Shown here piece after piece: positions 33,794 through 42,688 of a DNA stretch of 63,833 bases. Made by a program: the position numbers and the translations under genes. Location: assembly GCA_037143235.1 (NCBI GenBank), contig JBAWZC010000005.1, positions 1-63,833 on the forward strand. Direction: 5' to 3'. The notes under the pieces are model-generated. The model was not told where the DNA came from, did not search any database, and saw only the letters and a list, made by a program, of their open reading frames with translations. Position 1 is the stretch's first letter, and each line of letters begins with the position of its first letter. The stretch comes from Candidatus Berkelbacteria bacterium (GTDB lineage: Bacteria; Patescibacteriota; UBA1384; XYA2-FULL-43-10; 1-14-0-10-43-13).

Positions 33794-34561
33794 TCAAGTG
33801 TCGACAGTATCATTTGTTGAGCCTTTGGCGGTGATAATGCGAACTTTTTCGTCAGTTGATTCGATCAGCTGCGGCGTTTTGGCTACGATGTAATTGCCGA
33901 GAATAAAAGGTATCTGATATTTGGTGAAAACACGCAAGCTGCGAACATGGAAACTAGAGTGCCCAATCTTTTTGCTAGGGTTCATAAATAATTTTTTGAA
34001 AAAACCACCTGTGGCTTCTTCGACGCTGTGTATCTCGATGTCGAGAGAGTCAGTCGAGTGTTTTTCGATATGACTTGAATAATTTGAAACCAAAAATGAC
34101 TTGGCTTTGGTTTGCAGGACGAAATCGCGAAATTCCAAAGTTAAATCAATGGGGGCTGTCAGGTCAAGGGAGATGTTTGTCAAAAAACCAGTGTTGACTG
34201 CCGTTCGCCCCATATGCATCTCGGTTATTTTTCTGTAGCGCAAGCTATCACAGCCGTCTTTCCAGTTTCTCGATCCAATTAAAGCCAGCAGATCTTCAGT
34301 CGCTTCTATAGGGACAAACCCCATGACTTCCTGTCTGCCACAAAGCCTGTTGGCAATGCGATTGGCAATTTCATCGTCCCCAATCCCGACGATCGTGTTG
34401 TATTTTTTGGCAATACCAGCATCAACCAACTCTTCGACAGTCTGAGCTGCGGTTGGGTAAACATATTCACCGGAGATTCCGAGCACGGATAGATGGTTTT
34501 TGATCTCCTCAACTTGAGTGCGTTTTTTGCACTTTTTGACATCAAAGATATAGTAGTACAT
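33794..34561 (-). CDS. Diacylglycerol/lipid kinase catalytic-domain-like protein (degenerate GGDGT motif)
   Basis: Only TIVGIGDDEIANRIANRL and the overall length/layout resemble DAGK_cat/YegS-like proteins. The call is weak. Confidence 0.35.
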   Translation of the reverse strand: MYYYIFDVKKCKKRTQVEEIKNHLSVLGISGEYVYPTAAQTVEELVDAGIAKKYNTIVGIGDDEIANRIANRLCGRQEVMGFVPIEATEDLLALIGSRNWKDGCDSLRYRKITEMHMGRTAVNTGFLTNISLDLTAPIDLTLEFRDFVLQTKAKSFLVSNYSSHIEKHSTDSLDIEIHSVEEATGGFFKKLFMNPSKKIGHSSFHVRSLRVFTKYQIPFILGNYIVAKTPQLIESTDEKVRIITAKGSTNDTVDT

Positions 34562-34618
34562 GGAAAATTTCTAATTTCAAAACTCTTTTTAATCCCAGAA
34601 AATCAATATTGTAAAATA

Positions 34619-35053
34619 CTATTTCTTGGAGAAAAATCCGAGCTTGTCATCCTCTTTGACCTGTTCTTCGATGATAATTTCTTGTGGTTTTTCGGTTTTG
34701 ATCTCGTTGTCTTTGGCTTTCATCGGTTGGTCGGTCGGCATCGAGCAATTGCCAACAAAAACGGCGCCTTCTTTTATGACCAAAACTTTGGCGTCGATGT
34801 CGCCAAAAAGTTTACCAGTACTGCTGATGTCGAGTTTGTCTTTGGCTGTAATTTGCCCTTTGACCTCGCCAGAAACTTCAATAATAGTTGCTGTGACTGG
34901 ACCTGTGATTTTGGCTGTTTCGCCGATGTAAACATTCTCATCGCTCTTGACTTCGCCCTCGACGGAACCGTTAATTTGGATCGAACCCTTGTTGTGGATG
35001 TTTCCTTTGACATTCACATTTAGGCCGATGACTGTGTCGACATTGTTTTCCAT
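34619..35053 (-). CDS. Bactofilin (polymer-forming cytoskeletal protein)
   Basis: Beta-helical repeats: ..GNIHNKGSIQINGSVEGEVKSDENVYIGETAKITGPV..GEVKGQITAKDKLDISSTGKLFGDI.. Confidence 0.8.
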   Translation of the reverse strand: MENNVDTVIGLNVNVKGNIHNKGSIQINGSVEGEVKSDENVYIGETAKITGPVTATIIEVSGEVKGQITAKDKLDISSTGKLFGDIDAKVLVIKEGAVFVGNCSMPTDQPMKAKDNEIKTEKPQEIIIEEQVKEDDKLGFFSKK

Positions 35054-35194
35054 AGAACTCCATCTACTTAATTGTATTTATAATGCAATATTAGCACATC
35101 AAAGTTAGATGTAAAGATGGCTAGGGCAAATTAGCGATCAGTAATGTTTTTCTGATCAAAAATACAGATTCCGGGGCGATTCGCAATTCTATAA

Positions 35195-35335
35195 GTCGAT
35201 TGCCCTCTCTCCTGTCATTCCCGCCTCTCCTTCTGTCATTCCAGCGAAGGCTGGAATCCAGTCAAGATAAACTCCAGTAGGAATCTACAAACAGATTTTT
35301 CTTCTGGATTCCTGCTTTCGCAGGAATGACAAAGA
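35195..35335. repeat. GTCATT-type palindromic element cluster upstream of uvrA
   Basis: GTCATTCCCGCC..., GTCATTCCAGCGAAGGCTGGAATCCAG...GGAATCTACAAACAG...TGGATTCCTGCTTTCGCAGGAATGAC. Confidence 0.85.
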
Positions 35336-35395
35336 CTTACATTGCCACAATTGACAGGAAATGATATAATCCACTAGATTATTTACAGGAAAAAT

Positions 35396-38221
35396 ATGAA
35401 TAAAATATCGATTGTTGGAGCAAGAGAACATAATCTGAAAAATGTCTCTCTGGAAATACCGCGAGATAAATTGGTTGTTTTCACTGGTTTGTCAGGTTCT
35501 GGCAAGTCATCACTAGCCTTCGACACGATCTACGCCGAGGGACAGCGTCGTTATGTTGAGTCACTCTCTTCTTACGCCAGACAGTTTTTGGGCATGATGG
35601 AAAAGCCAGATGTCGATAGCATCGAAGGTTTATCTCCGGCTATCTCGATTGATCAGAAATCAGCAACGCGCAATCCTCGGTCCACTGTTGGTACGATCAC
35701 GGAAATTTACGACTATATGCGTTTGCTTTTTGCTCGCATCGGTACACCGCACTGCCCAAATTGCGGCAAACCTGTTGATCGTCAAACAGTGGCTCAAATC
35801 ACCGAATCGATTGTGCTTGGGGGTGACAAGACACGACGACTGGCGATATTGGCGCCTTATGTGATGGATCGCAAAGGTGAGCACAAAGATGTGCTTCAAA
35901 ATATTAAAAAGGCTGGATTTCCGCGAGTCCGGATCGATGGCGTGATTATGGAGTTGGAAGAAGCTAACGACAAGACTCTCGACAAAAACAATAAACACAA
36001 TATTGAGGCCGTGATCGATCGTGTGATTATCGAAAATGGGACTGCTGACGAGTCCAATCGTTCGAGAATATACGACTCGGTTGAAAAAGGCTTGCACGCT
36101 GGAAATGGGCGGCTGCTAGTTCATGATTTCGACACCGGAGAAGATAAATTTTACTCAGAGCTTTCGGCTTGTGCTGATTGCGGTATTTCTATACCAGAAA
36201 TCGAACCTCGCTCGTTTTCATTTAATTCGCCTCATGGTGCCTGCCAGAACTGTCAGGGTCTTGGCGTCAAACAAGAAATTGATCCGAAAAGAGTTTTGCC
36301 AAATCCCAAATTGAGCGTCTATGAGGGTGGCGTGCGACCATGGGTGAGAAATGCCTCACAAAACACTTGGCATCTTCGCATCATCGAAGCGATGGCAGAT
36401 AAATACAATATTGATCTCGTTCAACCTATTTCCAAGATGACCAAAGAAGAGCTCAGGTTGATTCTGTGGGGTACGGGTGATCAGATTTATAAGATCGGTG
36501 GCTACGAAACAAAGTATGAAGGTGTCATACCAAATATGGAACGCCGCTACAAAGAAACAGATTCCGACTATATCCGTCATGAAATTGAAAAATATATGGT
36601 GGTCAAGACTTGCCCTGTTTGTGAAGGCAAGAAACTTAAAAAGGAAATTTTGGGAGTGAAAATCGACGGAAAAAATATCTCCGATGTCGCTACTATGGAT
36701 ATTGCAGCGGCTAAAAAGTTTTTTAGCGCTTTGCCGGAGAAGCTGTCGGCCGAAAAAAATCAGATTGGCAACATGGTTTTCAAAGAAATTTGCGAGAGAT
36801 TACAATTCTTGCTCGATGTTGGTTTGTCTTATCTGACAATCGATCGAAACGCAACAACATTGTCTGGCGGGGAAGCACAGAGAATCAGGCTTGCAACACA
36901 AATTGGGTCAGGCTTGATGGGCGTCTTGTATATTCTAGATGAGCCGTCTATTGGCTTGCATCAGAAAGATAACGGCAAACTGCTAAAAACATTAGTGAGA
37001 CTTCGAGATCTGGGTAACACAGTCATCGTGGTAGAACATGACGAAGAAACGATTCGTGAAGCTGATTTTATTGTTGATATTGGACCTGGAGCAGGGGAGC
37101 ATGGTGGAGAAATCGTTGCTATTGGTTCGTATGACGACATCATAAACTCACCGGCCTCGATTACTGGCCAATACTTATCAGGAAAAAAGAAAGTAAAAGT
37201 ACCAAAGGTTAGAAGGCCGAACAACGGTAAAGTTCTGAGAGTTGTGAATGCCTCAGAGAACAATCTTAAAAATATCGATGTTACGATTCCTCTAAATTCG
37301 TTAGTCTGTGTTACAGGTGTTTCTGGCTCTGGTAAGTCAACTTTAGTTAATGATATTTTGGCCAAACATCTATCAAAAGTTTTCCATCGCGCCAAAGCTG
37401 ACGCCGGCGAGTTTGAAAAAATGGAGGGCTTGGAGCATCTCGACAAGGTTATCGATATAGATCAATCGCCGATCGGCAAGTCTCCACGATCAAATACTGC
37501 TACCTATACAGGTATCTTCACCCAGATTCGTGATCTCTTTGCCCTGACCTCTGATGCCAAAAAGAAGGGCTACAAAACTGGCAGATTCTCCTTCAATGTT
37601 AAGGGCGGTCGTTGTGAGAAGTGTCGCGGCGAGGGTGTTCTTAAGATCGAGATGCACTTCCTTCCGGATGTCTATATTACCTGCGAAGACTGTAAGGGTA
37701 AGCGCTACAACGCCGAAGCTTTGGAGATCCAGTACAAAGGAAAAAATATTTCTGATGTTTTGAACCTTACTGTCGAGGAAGCACTGAATTTTTTCGACAA
37801 TATTACAGCCATCAGATCGAAACTTCAGGTCTTGGTTGATGTTGGACTTGGCTATATCAAGCTTGGGCAACCAGCGACGACACTTTCCGGTGGAGAAGCC
37901 CAGAGAATAAAGTTGGCGACGGAGCTCGCCCACAGAGGGACCGGCAAAACGATGTATATTTTGGATGAGCCAACAACTGGTTTGCATTTCGATGATGTCA
38001 ATCGCCTAATCGGCGTTCTGACTGCATTGGTAGAAAAAGGGAACACCGTTTTGGTGATTGAGCACAATCTGGATGTGATTAAGTCAGCTGACCATATCAT
38101 CGATCTTGGCCCAGAAGGTGGTCATAAAGGTGGCCAGATCGTTGCAACGGGCACACCAGAAGAAGTCGCGAAAAAACCGAAATCTTTTACTGGGTTTTAT
38201 CTCAAAGAAGTTTTGAAGTAA
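35396..38221 (+). CDS. uvrA: Excinuclease ABC subunit A
   Basis: Two ABC modules ([18 protein letters not shown]), LSGGE signatures and zinc fingers. Confidence 0.96.
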   Translation: MNKISIVGAREHNLKNVSLEIPRDKLVVFTGLSGSGKSSLAFDTIYAEGQRRYVESLSSYARQFLGMMEKPDVDSIEGLSPAISIDQKSATRNPRSTVGTITEIYDYMRLLFARIGTPHCPNCGKPVDRQTVAQITESIVLGGDKTRRLAILAPYVMDRKGEHKDVLQNIKKAGFPRVRIDGVIMELEEANDKTLDKNNKHNIEAVIDRVIIENGTADESNRSRIYDSVEKGLHAGNGRLLVHDFDTGEDKFYSELSACADCGISIPEIEPRSFSFNSPHGACQNCQGLGVKQEIDPKRVLPNPKLSVYEGGVRPWVRNASQNTWHLRIIEAMADKYNIDLVQPISKMTKEELRLILWGTGDQIYKIGGYETKYEGVIPNMERRYKETDSDYIRHEIEKYMVVKTCPVCEGKKLKKEILGVKIDGKNISDVATMDIAAAKKFFSALPEKLSAEKNQIGNMVFKEICERLQFLLDVGLSYLTIDRNATTLSGGEAQRIRLATQIGSGLMGVLYILDEPSIGLHQKDNGKLLKTLVRLRDLGNTVIVVEHDEETIREADFIVDIGPGAGEHGGEIVAIGSYDDIINSPASITGQYLSGKKKVKVPKVRRPNNGKVLRVVNASENNLKNIDVTIPLNSLVCVTGVSGSGKSTLVNDILAKHLSKVFHRAKADAGEFEKMEGLEHLDKVIDIDQSPIGKSPRSNTATYTGIFTQIRDLFALTSDAKKKGYKTGRFSFNVKGGRCEKCRGEGVLKIEMHFLPDVYITCEDCKGKRYNAEALEIQYKGKNISDVLNLTVEEALNFFDNITAIRSKLQVLVDVGLGYIKLGQPATTLSGGEAQRIKLATELAHRGTGKTMYILDEPTTGLHFDDVNRLIGVLTALVEKGNTVLVIEHNLDVIKSADHIIDLGPEGGHKGGQIVATGTPEEVAKKPKSFTGFYLKEVLK

Positions 38222-38249
38222 TAAATAAAATATTTAAATAAGGAGAGAA

Positions 38250-38342
38250 ATGTCAAAAGATAAGGGTGCAAAAAAAGAAGTCAAAAAGCCAAAGCAAAAC
38301 AAGAAACAAAAAGGCCTAGGTCCACGTACTGGCTCGAACTAA
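38250..38342 (+). CDS. Unannotated 30-aa lysine-rich ORF (MSKDKGAKKEVKKPKQNKKQKGLGPRTGSN)
   Basis: SD AAGGAGAG at 38240..38247, ATG at 38250, TAA at 38340..38342. It is below the 60-aa cutoff of the ORF track. Confidence 0.35.
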   Translation: MSKDKGAKKEVKKPKQNKKQKGLGPRTGSN

Positions 38343-38344
38343 AG

Positions 38345-38420
38345 ACTGTCATTCCCGCGCAGGTCATTCGACTCTGAGGGATGAGATCTTGAGCTCAGAC
38401 TCGATGAGCGAGAATCCACA
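38345..38420. repeat. GTCATT-type repeat (GTCATTCGACTCTGAGGG...CTCAGACTCGATGAGCGAGAATC family)
   Basis: Inverted relative of the element at 3353..3422. Confidence 0.8.
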
Positions 38421-38489
38421 AATAGAATCCTTTTGGCCTATAAAATGAAATGAGCGGCCCGGCGAATTAACGCGGGGCCGCTCAACGGT

Positions 38490-38831
38490 CTATTCGACGT
38501 TGAAATGACCAGGTGCCGTGATCATAACGACAATTTTTTCGGGTGCATCCTCTCGCACAAAGAGATCGCAACCTTCGTACTGGCCTTCGGTGATGAGAAA
38601 GTTGAGCTCCGTTGGTATTGATGAAATGAATACCAACGGAGGTTTTTCTTCTGTGGGTAGAGCGTTCTTGATTGCCATCTCAATAACATTGAGAGGCATG
38701 GCTCCATCGTTTAAAAAGTATGCACAATCAACGATGGTTATACCAGGTTCGGGTGCCGGAAGGGCTCCAGTAGTAGAGAGCAATCCCGTCGCTTCTGTAA
38801 AAAATTTACAGAAACCTCCAAAAACAAACAT
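38490..38831 (-). CDS. Hypothetical protein (GC-richer orphan)
   Basis: 113-aa ORF. A GAGCGGCCC...GGGCCGCTC hairpin lies just downstream (38455..38486). No motif recognised. Confidence 0.4.
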   Translation of the reverse strand: MFVFGGFCKFFTEATGLLSTTGALPAPEPGITIVDCAYFLNDGAMPLNVIEMAIKNALPTEEKPPLVFISSIPTELNFLITEGQYEGCDLFVREDAPEKIVVMITAPGHFNVE

Positions 38832-38977
38832 TTCTTTGCCTCCTTCTCGTAACTCTTTCCGAGCTACACCAGCATTTAATCATTTTTTGGCTAGTTTGTA
38901 AATATGCGCTTGGGCAAATGAGTAATTCTCATCTCGTGTCATTCTTGCCGACTAAATTGCCACGCCTTTCTTCAATT

Positions 38978-39048
38978 GTCATTCCCGCGCAGGCGGGAAT
39001 CTACAAATAGTGAATCTTTTGGTGGATTCCCGCCTGCGCGGGAATGAC
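38978..39048. repeat. 71-bp composite palindromic element, orientation A
   Basis: GTCATTCCCGCGCAGGCGGGAATCTA-CAAATAGTGAATCTTTTGG-TGGATTCCCGCCTGCGCGGGAATGAC. Confidence 0.95.
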
Positions 39049-39202
39049 AAAAAATTTGGTTATTCTTCGAGCGAGCTGCGAGTCGAGAAGTGTTTGCTTG
39101 ATAATTTATAGCTTAAACACTTATCAGCTTGCTGACTTTTTGCTGACTGTAGATTGATAAAAATGAGCTTTTCGGCTATGATTGATTTGTTGTTGCCGAT
39201 CA

Positions 39203-39276
39203 TCCGAGGTCGTCTAATGGCAGGACAGCGGCCTTTGAAGCCGTGAATCATGGTTCGAATCCATGCCCCGGAACCA
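39203..39276 (+). tRNA. tRNA-Gln (anticodon UUG), CCA encoded
   Basis: TCCGAGGTCGTCTAATGGCAGGACAGCGGCCTTTGAAGCCGTGAATCATGGTTCGAATCCATGCCCCGGAACCA. The anticodon loop is CTTTGAA and there is a U1:A72 pair typical of tRNA-Gln. There is one A5:C68 mismatch. Confidence 0.85.
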
Positions 39277-39328
39277 TTCGACTCGCTTTGTTCGTTCATG
39301 GCTTCCAGCCGAACGAATAGAGTCGAAT
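39276..39328. repeat. Hairpin element ATTCGACTC...GAGTCGAAT abutting the tRNA-Gln 3' end
   Basis: It shares the ATTCGACTC/GAGTCGAAT arms with the elements at 3353..3422 and 38345..38420. It may also act as the tRNA terminator. Confidence 0.6.
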
Positions 39329-39389
39329 GTCTTGAGCGAGAAGACTTTCCACGACGAGTCGAAGGGTTAAATATCAACTACGATCAATT

Positions 39390-40301
39390 ATGGAGAAGCA
39401 CACAAACCATTCCCGATTTGAACGATTTCTGATCTGGTTTTCTCCGGTCTTGACCATTTTGCTTTTACTTTCACCTTTTGCATATTATAAATACAATCTT
39501 GATCTACCGATAAAATACTGTATCGGATCAGTCGATCCGCGCTTTAATATTTCTAATGTTGACCTCAGAGATGAGATATCGGACTCAGAAAATCGATGGG
39601 AAAAATATCTGGGCAAAGATATCTTCAAGTACGATGAAAACGCAAAGCTGAAGATAGATCTTGTCTATGATGATAGACAGGCACATATCGATGAGCTGAA
39701 GGCCGCTAACAGCACTTTGACAGGTTCGAACAATGTAATTTTTAAGTCCAAGAGCCAGCTTGAGGCCGATGTTACACAGTATCAGACGGACTTGACGAAA
39801 TACAACGACACAGTGACTTACTGGAACAATCATGGTGGGGCTCCAGTCGACACCTATACTTCTTTGCAAAAACAGAAAAATGCATTGGAAGTGCGCCGAT
39901 CGAACATTGATAATCTCGCCTCAAGACTAAATATCCAAATATCAGGCTACAATCAGAACTTGACCGACTTAAACAAGAAGCTTGAGGCAGACAAGGGCCA
40001 GCTCATCATCGAAGGTATTTACTCACCGAGCGAGCCAAAGATAGAGATCTACGCCTTCGCCGACCAAGATCAACTCAGGTTGACTTTGATGCATGAGCTC
40101 GGTCACGCCGTGGGCCTTGAGCATACTGACGACAGTAAATCAATTATGTATCCAGTGCTGCAAGATCAAAATTTTTCTGATCCTGTACCGGACGCTGCCG
40201 ACAAAAGTGACTTTGACAAACGATATATTAGCAAGGTTGGCCAACTCTTGCAGTACTGGAAGTACAAGATAATACAAAAAATTCAGCCAACAAGTAACTG
40301 A
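39390..40301 (+). CDS. Membrane-anchored matrixin-like (M10) zinc metalloprotease
   Basis: HELGHAVGLEH followed by the Met-turn SIMYP. It has an N-terminal TM helix and a coiled-coil-rich middle region. Confidence 0.75.
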   Translation: MEKHTNHSRFERFLIWFSPVLTILLLLSPFAYYKYNLDLPIKYCIGSVDPRFNISNVDLRDEISDSENRWEKYLGKDIFKYDENAKLKIDLVYDDRQAHIDELKAANSTLTGSNNVIFKSKSQLEADVTQYQTDLTKYNDTVTYWNNHGGAPVDTYTSLQKQKNALEVRRSNIDNLASRLNIQISGYNQNLTDLNKKLEADKGQLIIEGIYSPSEPKIEIYAFADQDQLRLTLMHELGHAVGLEHTDDSKSIMYPVLQDQNFSDPVPDAADKSDFDKRYISKVGQLLQYWKYKIIQKIQPTSN

Positions 40302-40329
40302 ATTTATGATCTAAGCGGTTTTTATAAAT

Positions 40330-40813
40330 GTTTCGAAGTTGCCAATAAGCCAGGTTCTGTTCCTCGTGTTTTACGACGAGCCGATAGCTATCTATCTACG
40401 CGTGGAGACCAGACGGTGCCCTCTCGAGTAGAGAGTTGGCATAGTTGGTCCACTCCACTTGCACCAAGCGAGGCTTGCCACAGATGTATGTCGCCATACA
40501 AACGCGTGAGCTCTTACCTCACGATTTCAACCTTACCTGCGCGGAGCGCAGAAGCACCAAATTCCAAGATACAAATCCCAGGAAATACTCAAATTACAAT
40601 TTTCAAATATTCAATTATTTGAATTTTGGTGATTGGAATTTAACTGGTTATTGTCACTTGGTTATTGGTTATTCCGTGCTCCGCACATCGGCGGTATATT
40701 TTCTGTTGCGCTATTCTTGAATCTCGCAACCCACTCATTTCCACGAGCGCTTCACTCTACGGTGCCTGGACTTTCCTCTCCCGAAGGAGCAGCTATCTAG
40801 ACAACTTCGAAAC
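40330..40813 (-). ncRNA. rnpB: RNase P RNA, bacterial type A, with a greatly expanded P12
   Basis: The reverse complement has GAGGAAAGTCCAGGCACC, ACAGAAAATATACCGCC, GGTAAGGTTGAAA, AGAGCTCACGCG and ACAGAACCTGGCTTAT in canonical order. P1 is GTTTCGAAGTTG / CAACTTCGAAAC. An AT-rich helix of about 158 nt (40539..40696) sits where E. coli P12 has about 20 nt. Confidence 0.9.
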
Positions 40814-40945
40814 GATATTAGCATAACAACATCTGGTCATATCGTCAAGGGCAAAAGCAAATAAGCTGGACAGCTGGTAAGTGTTTAAGCTGGGTAATTT
40901 TTCTTTTGTCATTGACGAATTTTGTCATTTCTGCGCCTCACTCCT

Positions 40946-41016
40946 GTCATTCCCGCGCAGGCGGGAATCTACCAAAAGATTCATTATTTGTGGATTCCCG
41001 CCTGCGCGGGAATGAC
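40946..41016. repeat. 71-bp composite palindromic element, orientation B (inverted relative to 38978..39048)
   Basis: The arms are the same. The spacer CCAAAAGATTCATTATTTG is the reverse complement, with 1 mismatch, of the spacer at 39004..39022. Confidence 0.95.
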
Positions 41017-41145
41017 AAAGTGAAAACAAAAATAATTGTGATGTTGTAACAAAACAAAAAAATTCAAATTATCATTTTTTTCGCATTTTTGTCGTAAATA
41101 GAATAAAATAAAGAAGTAGGGCAAACCAATAAAGAAATGAGGTAA

Positions 41146-41919
41146 ATGGGATTTAATTTCTTCTTGAAAAGGAAAAACGACGATAAAAAAGTAGTAACTC
41201 CGCCGCAAATCGTGACGCCAAATCCGTCGCATCAGGCAGCACCAATCATTCAGCCAGTGCCAGCTTCGAAGCCAGTGGACAAAAATGAGGGCAAGAAGCC
41301 CGTATATTGCTTTATCGACTCCTCGAATATGTTTTGGGGTGGCCGAGAAAGTCTTGGTTTTAAGATAAATTATCAGAAATTGCGTCAATATCTCGAACAA
41401 AAACATGGTGTTACAAAAATATACTATTACGGTGGTCTCAGAATATTCGATTATGAATATTCTATACTGCAAAAGGAAAGGATCGATCTACGTGCTTTGT
41501 ACGCTCATTTAAAAGAACTCCAGACTAAGTCTGAACCCAAAGAATCATTGATGATTCAAAAGTCACTAGATAAGGTGAATTTTTATCAAAAACTTGAAGA
41601 ATTTGGTTACGATATGGAGATCAAGCCAGCCAAGGTTTTTTATGAGGAAGACGACGAAAACCAAGAAAAGCCGGTCTTGAAGGCGAACTGTGATGTCGAT
41701 ATGACTTTCGATATGATGCGCTTGATGGAACAATACTCAGGAGTCTTGGCTATGACCGGCGATGGCGACTTTACTGCAGTTCTAAATTATCTGAAAAATC
41801 ATGGTCGCAGCCTCTATGTCATCGGTAGACAACAACGATCAGCAAAAGAGATCAGAGAGGTTGCAGGGGACAATTTCTGCGACTTCGAGACCCTAAAGCC
41901 GATCATTGAGTTAAGATAG
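41146..41919 (+). CDS. NYN/LabA-like domain protein with a Pro-rich N-terminus
   Basis: CFIDSSNMFWGG, CDVDMTFDMM and TGDGDF are motifs of the NYN (PIN-like) fold. Confidence 0.65.
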   Translation: MGFNFFLKRKNDDKKVVTPPQIVTPNPSHQAAPIIQPVPASKPVDKNEGKKPVYCFIDSSNMFWGGRESLGFKINYQKLRQYLEQKHGVTKIYYYGGLRIFDYEYSILQKERIDLRALYAHLKELQTKSEPKESLMIQKSLDKVNFYQKLEEFGYDMEIKPAKVFYEEDDENQEKPVLKANCDVDMTFDMMRLMEQYSGVLAMTGDGDFTAVLNYLKNHGRSLYVIGRQQRSAKEIREVAGDNFCDFETLKPIIELR

Positions 41920-41925
41920 TATCAG

Positions 41926-42064
41926 CCAGCACAGATTACAGATCGACACGGATTGATAACACAGATAAATCCAGCACAGATTACAGATTGACACTGATTG
42001 ATAGCCCAAAATATGTACTATTAATCTGTAGTAATCTGTATAAATCTGTAATCTGTGTTGCTGC
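41926..42064. repeat. Cargo-less inverted array of CACAGATTACAGAT motifs
   Basis: The left half has CAGCACAGATTACAGAT x2 plus variants. The right half has ATCTGTAGTAATCTGTATAAATCTGTAATCTGTG. The same motif flanks the GxxExxY gene. Confidence 0.85.
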
Positions 42065-42624
42065 TAGTAGTTCTCGCAGAGTACTTCGTAAAAAGCTTGT
42101 ACATGATCGCAAGCAGGGCATTTGTCGGGTGCTTCAAGTCCCTTGTGAATGTAGCCGCAGTTGCGACATTTCCAAGCGGTTTCCTCGGCTTTTTTAAAAA
42201 CGGTGCCGTTTTTTACATTCTCGGCTAGCTTCAAATATCTTTTCTCGTGAGCTTCTTCGACTTCGCCAATCTCTTTGAAGACTGTTGCAGCTTCAGTCAT
42301 ACCTTCTTCTGTGGCCGTTTTGGCAAAACCTGGATACATTATCTCGTTTTCCCATTTTTCACCAGCCGCTGCTACTAACAGATTTTCCTCAGTTGAGCCA
42401 ACGATCGGGAAATCATATGTTTCGAGTGATGAAGTAGTCGTTTCGGTCAATAGTTTCATCAATCTTTTGGCGTGTTCCATCTCGTTGTTGGCGGTTTCCT
42501 CAAAAATCGCAGCGATCTGCTCAAAGCCTTCTTTTCTTGCTTTGGAAGCAAAGAAAGTATACTTATTTCTCGCCATACTTTCTCCAGCGATAGCTCGGAC
42601 AATGTTCTTTGGTGTTTCACTCAT
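42064..42624 (-). CDS. Rubrerythrin
   Basis: Ferritin-like EXXH pairs (EMEHAKR, EEAHEKR) plus a C-terminal rubredoxin-like CRNCG...CPAC. The start is set at MSETPK (SD AAGGAG). Confidence 0.88.
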   Translation of the reverse strand: MSETPKNIVRAIAGESMARNKYTFFASKARKEGFEQIAAIFEETANNEMEHAKRLMKLLTETTTSSLETYDFPIVGSTEENLLVAAAGEKWENEIMYPGFAKTATEEGMTEAATVFKEIGEVEEAHEKRYLKLAENVKNGTVFKKAEETAWKCRNCGYIHKGLEAPDKCPACDHVQAFYEVLCENY

Positions 42625-42688
42625 AATTTCTCCTTGTTTAGTTTCTTGTATTATACCACTTTCTTGCAAGTATTTTATATTTTGTCGT

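Noticed and set aside
34493-35023. The 176-aa ORF on the plus strand opposite the bactofilin gene, and similar long antisense ORFs (for example 19305..19787, 37490..37987, 59789..60328)
   Set aside because: They lie antisense to genes with clear family signatures, have no SD and show no recognisable motifs. They are typical shadow ORFs.
40416-40720. ORFs 40416..40622 and 40445..40720
   Set aside because: They lie entirely within the RNase P RNA gene on the opposite strand. The region is explained by rnpB.
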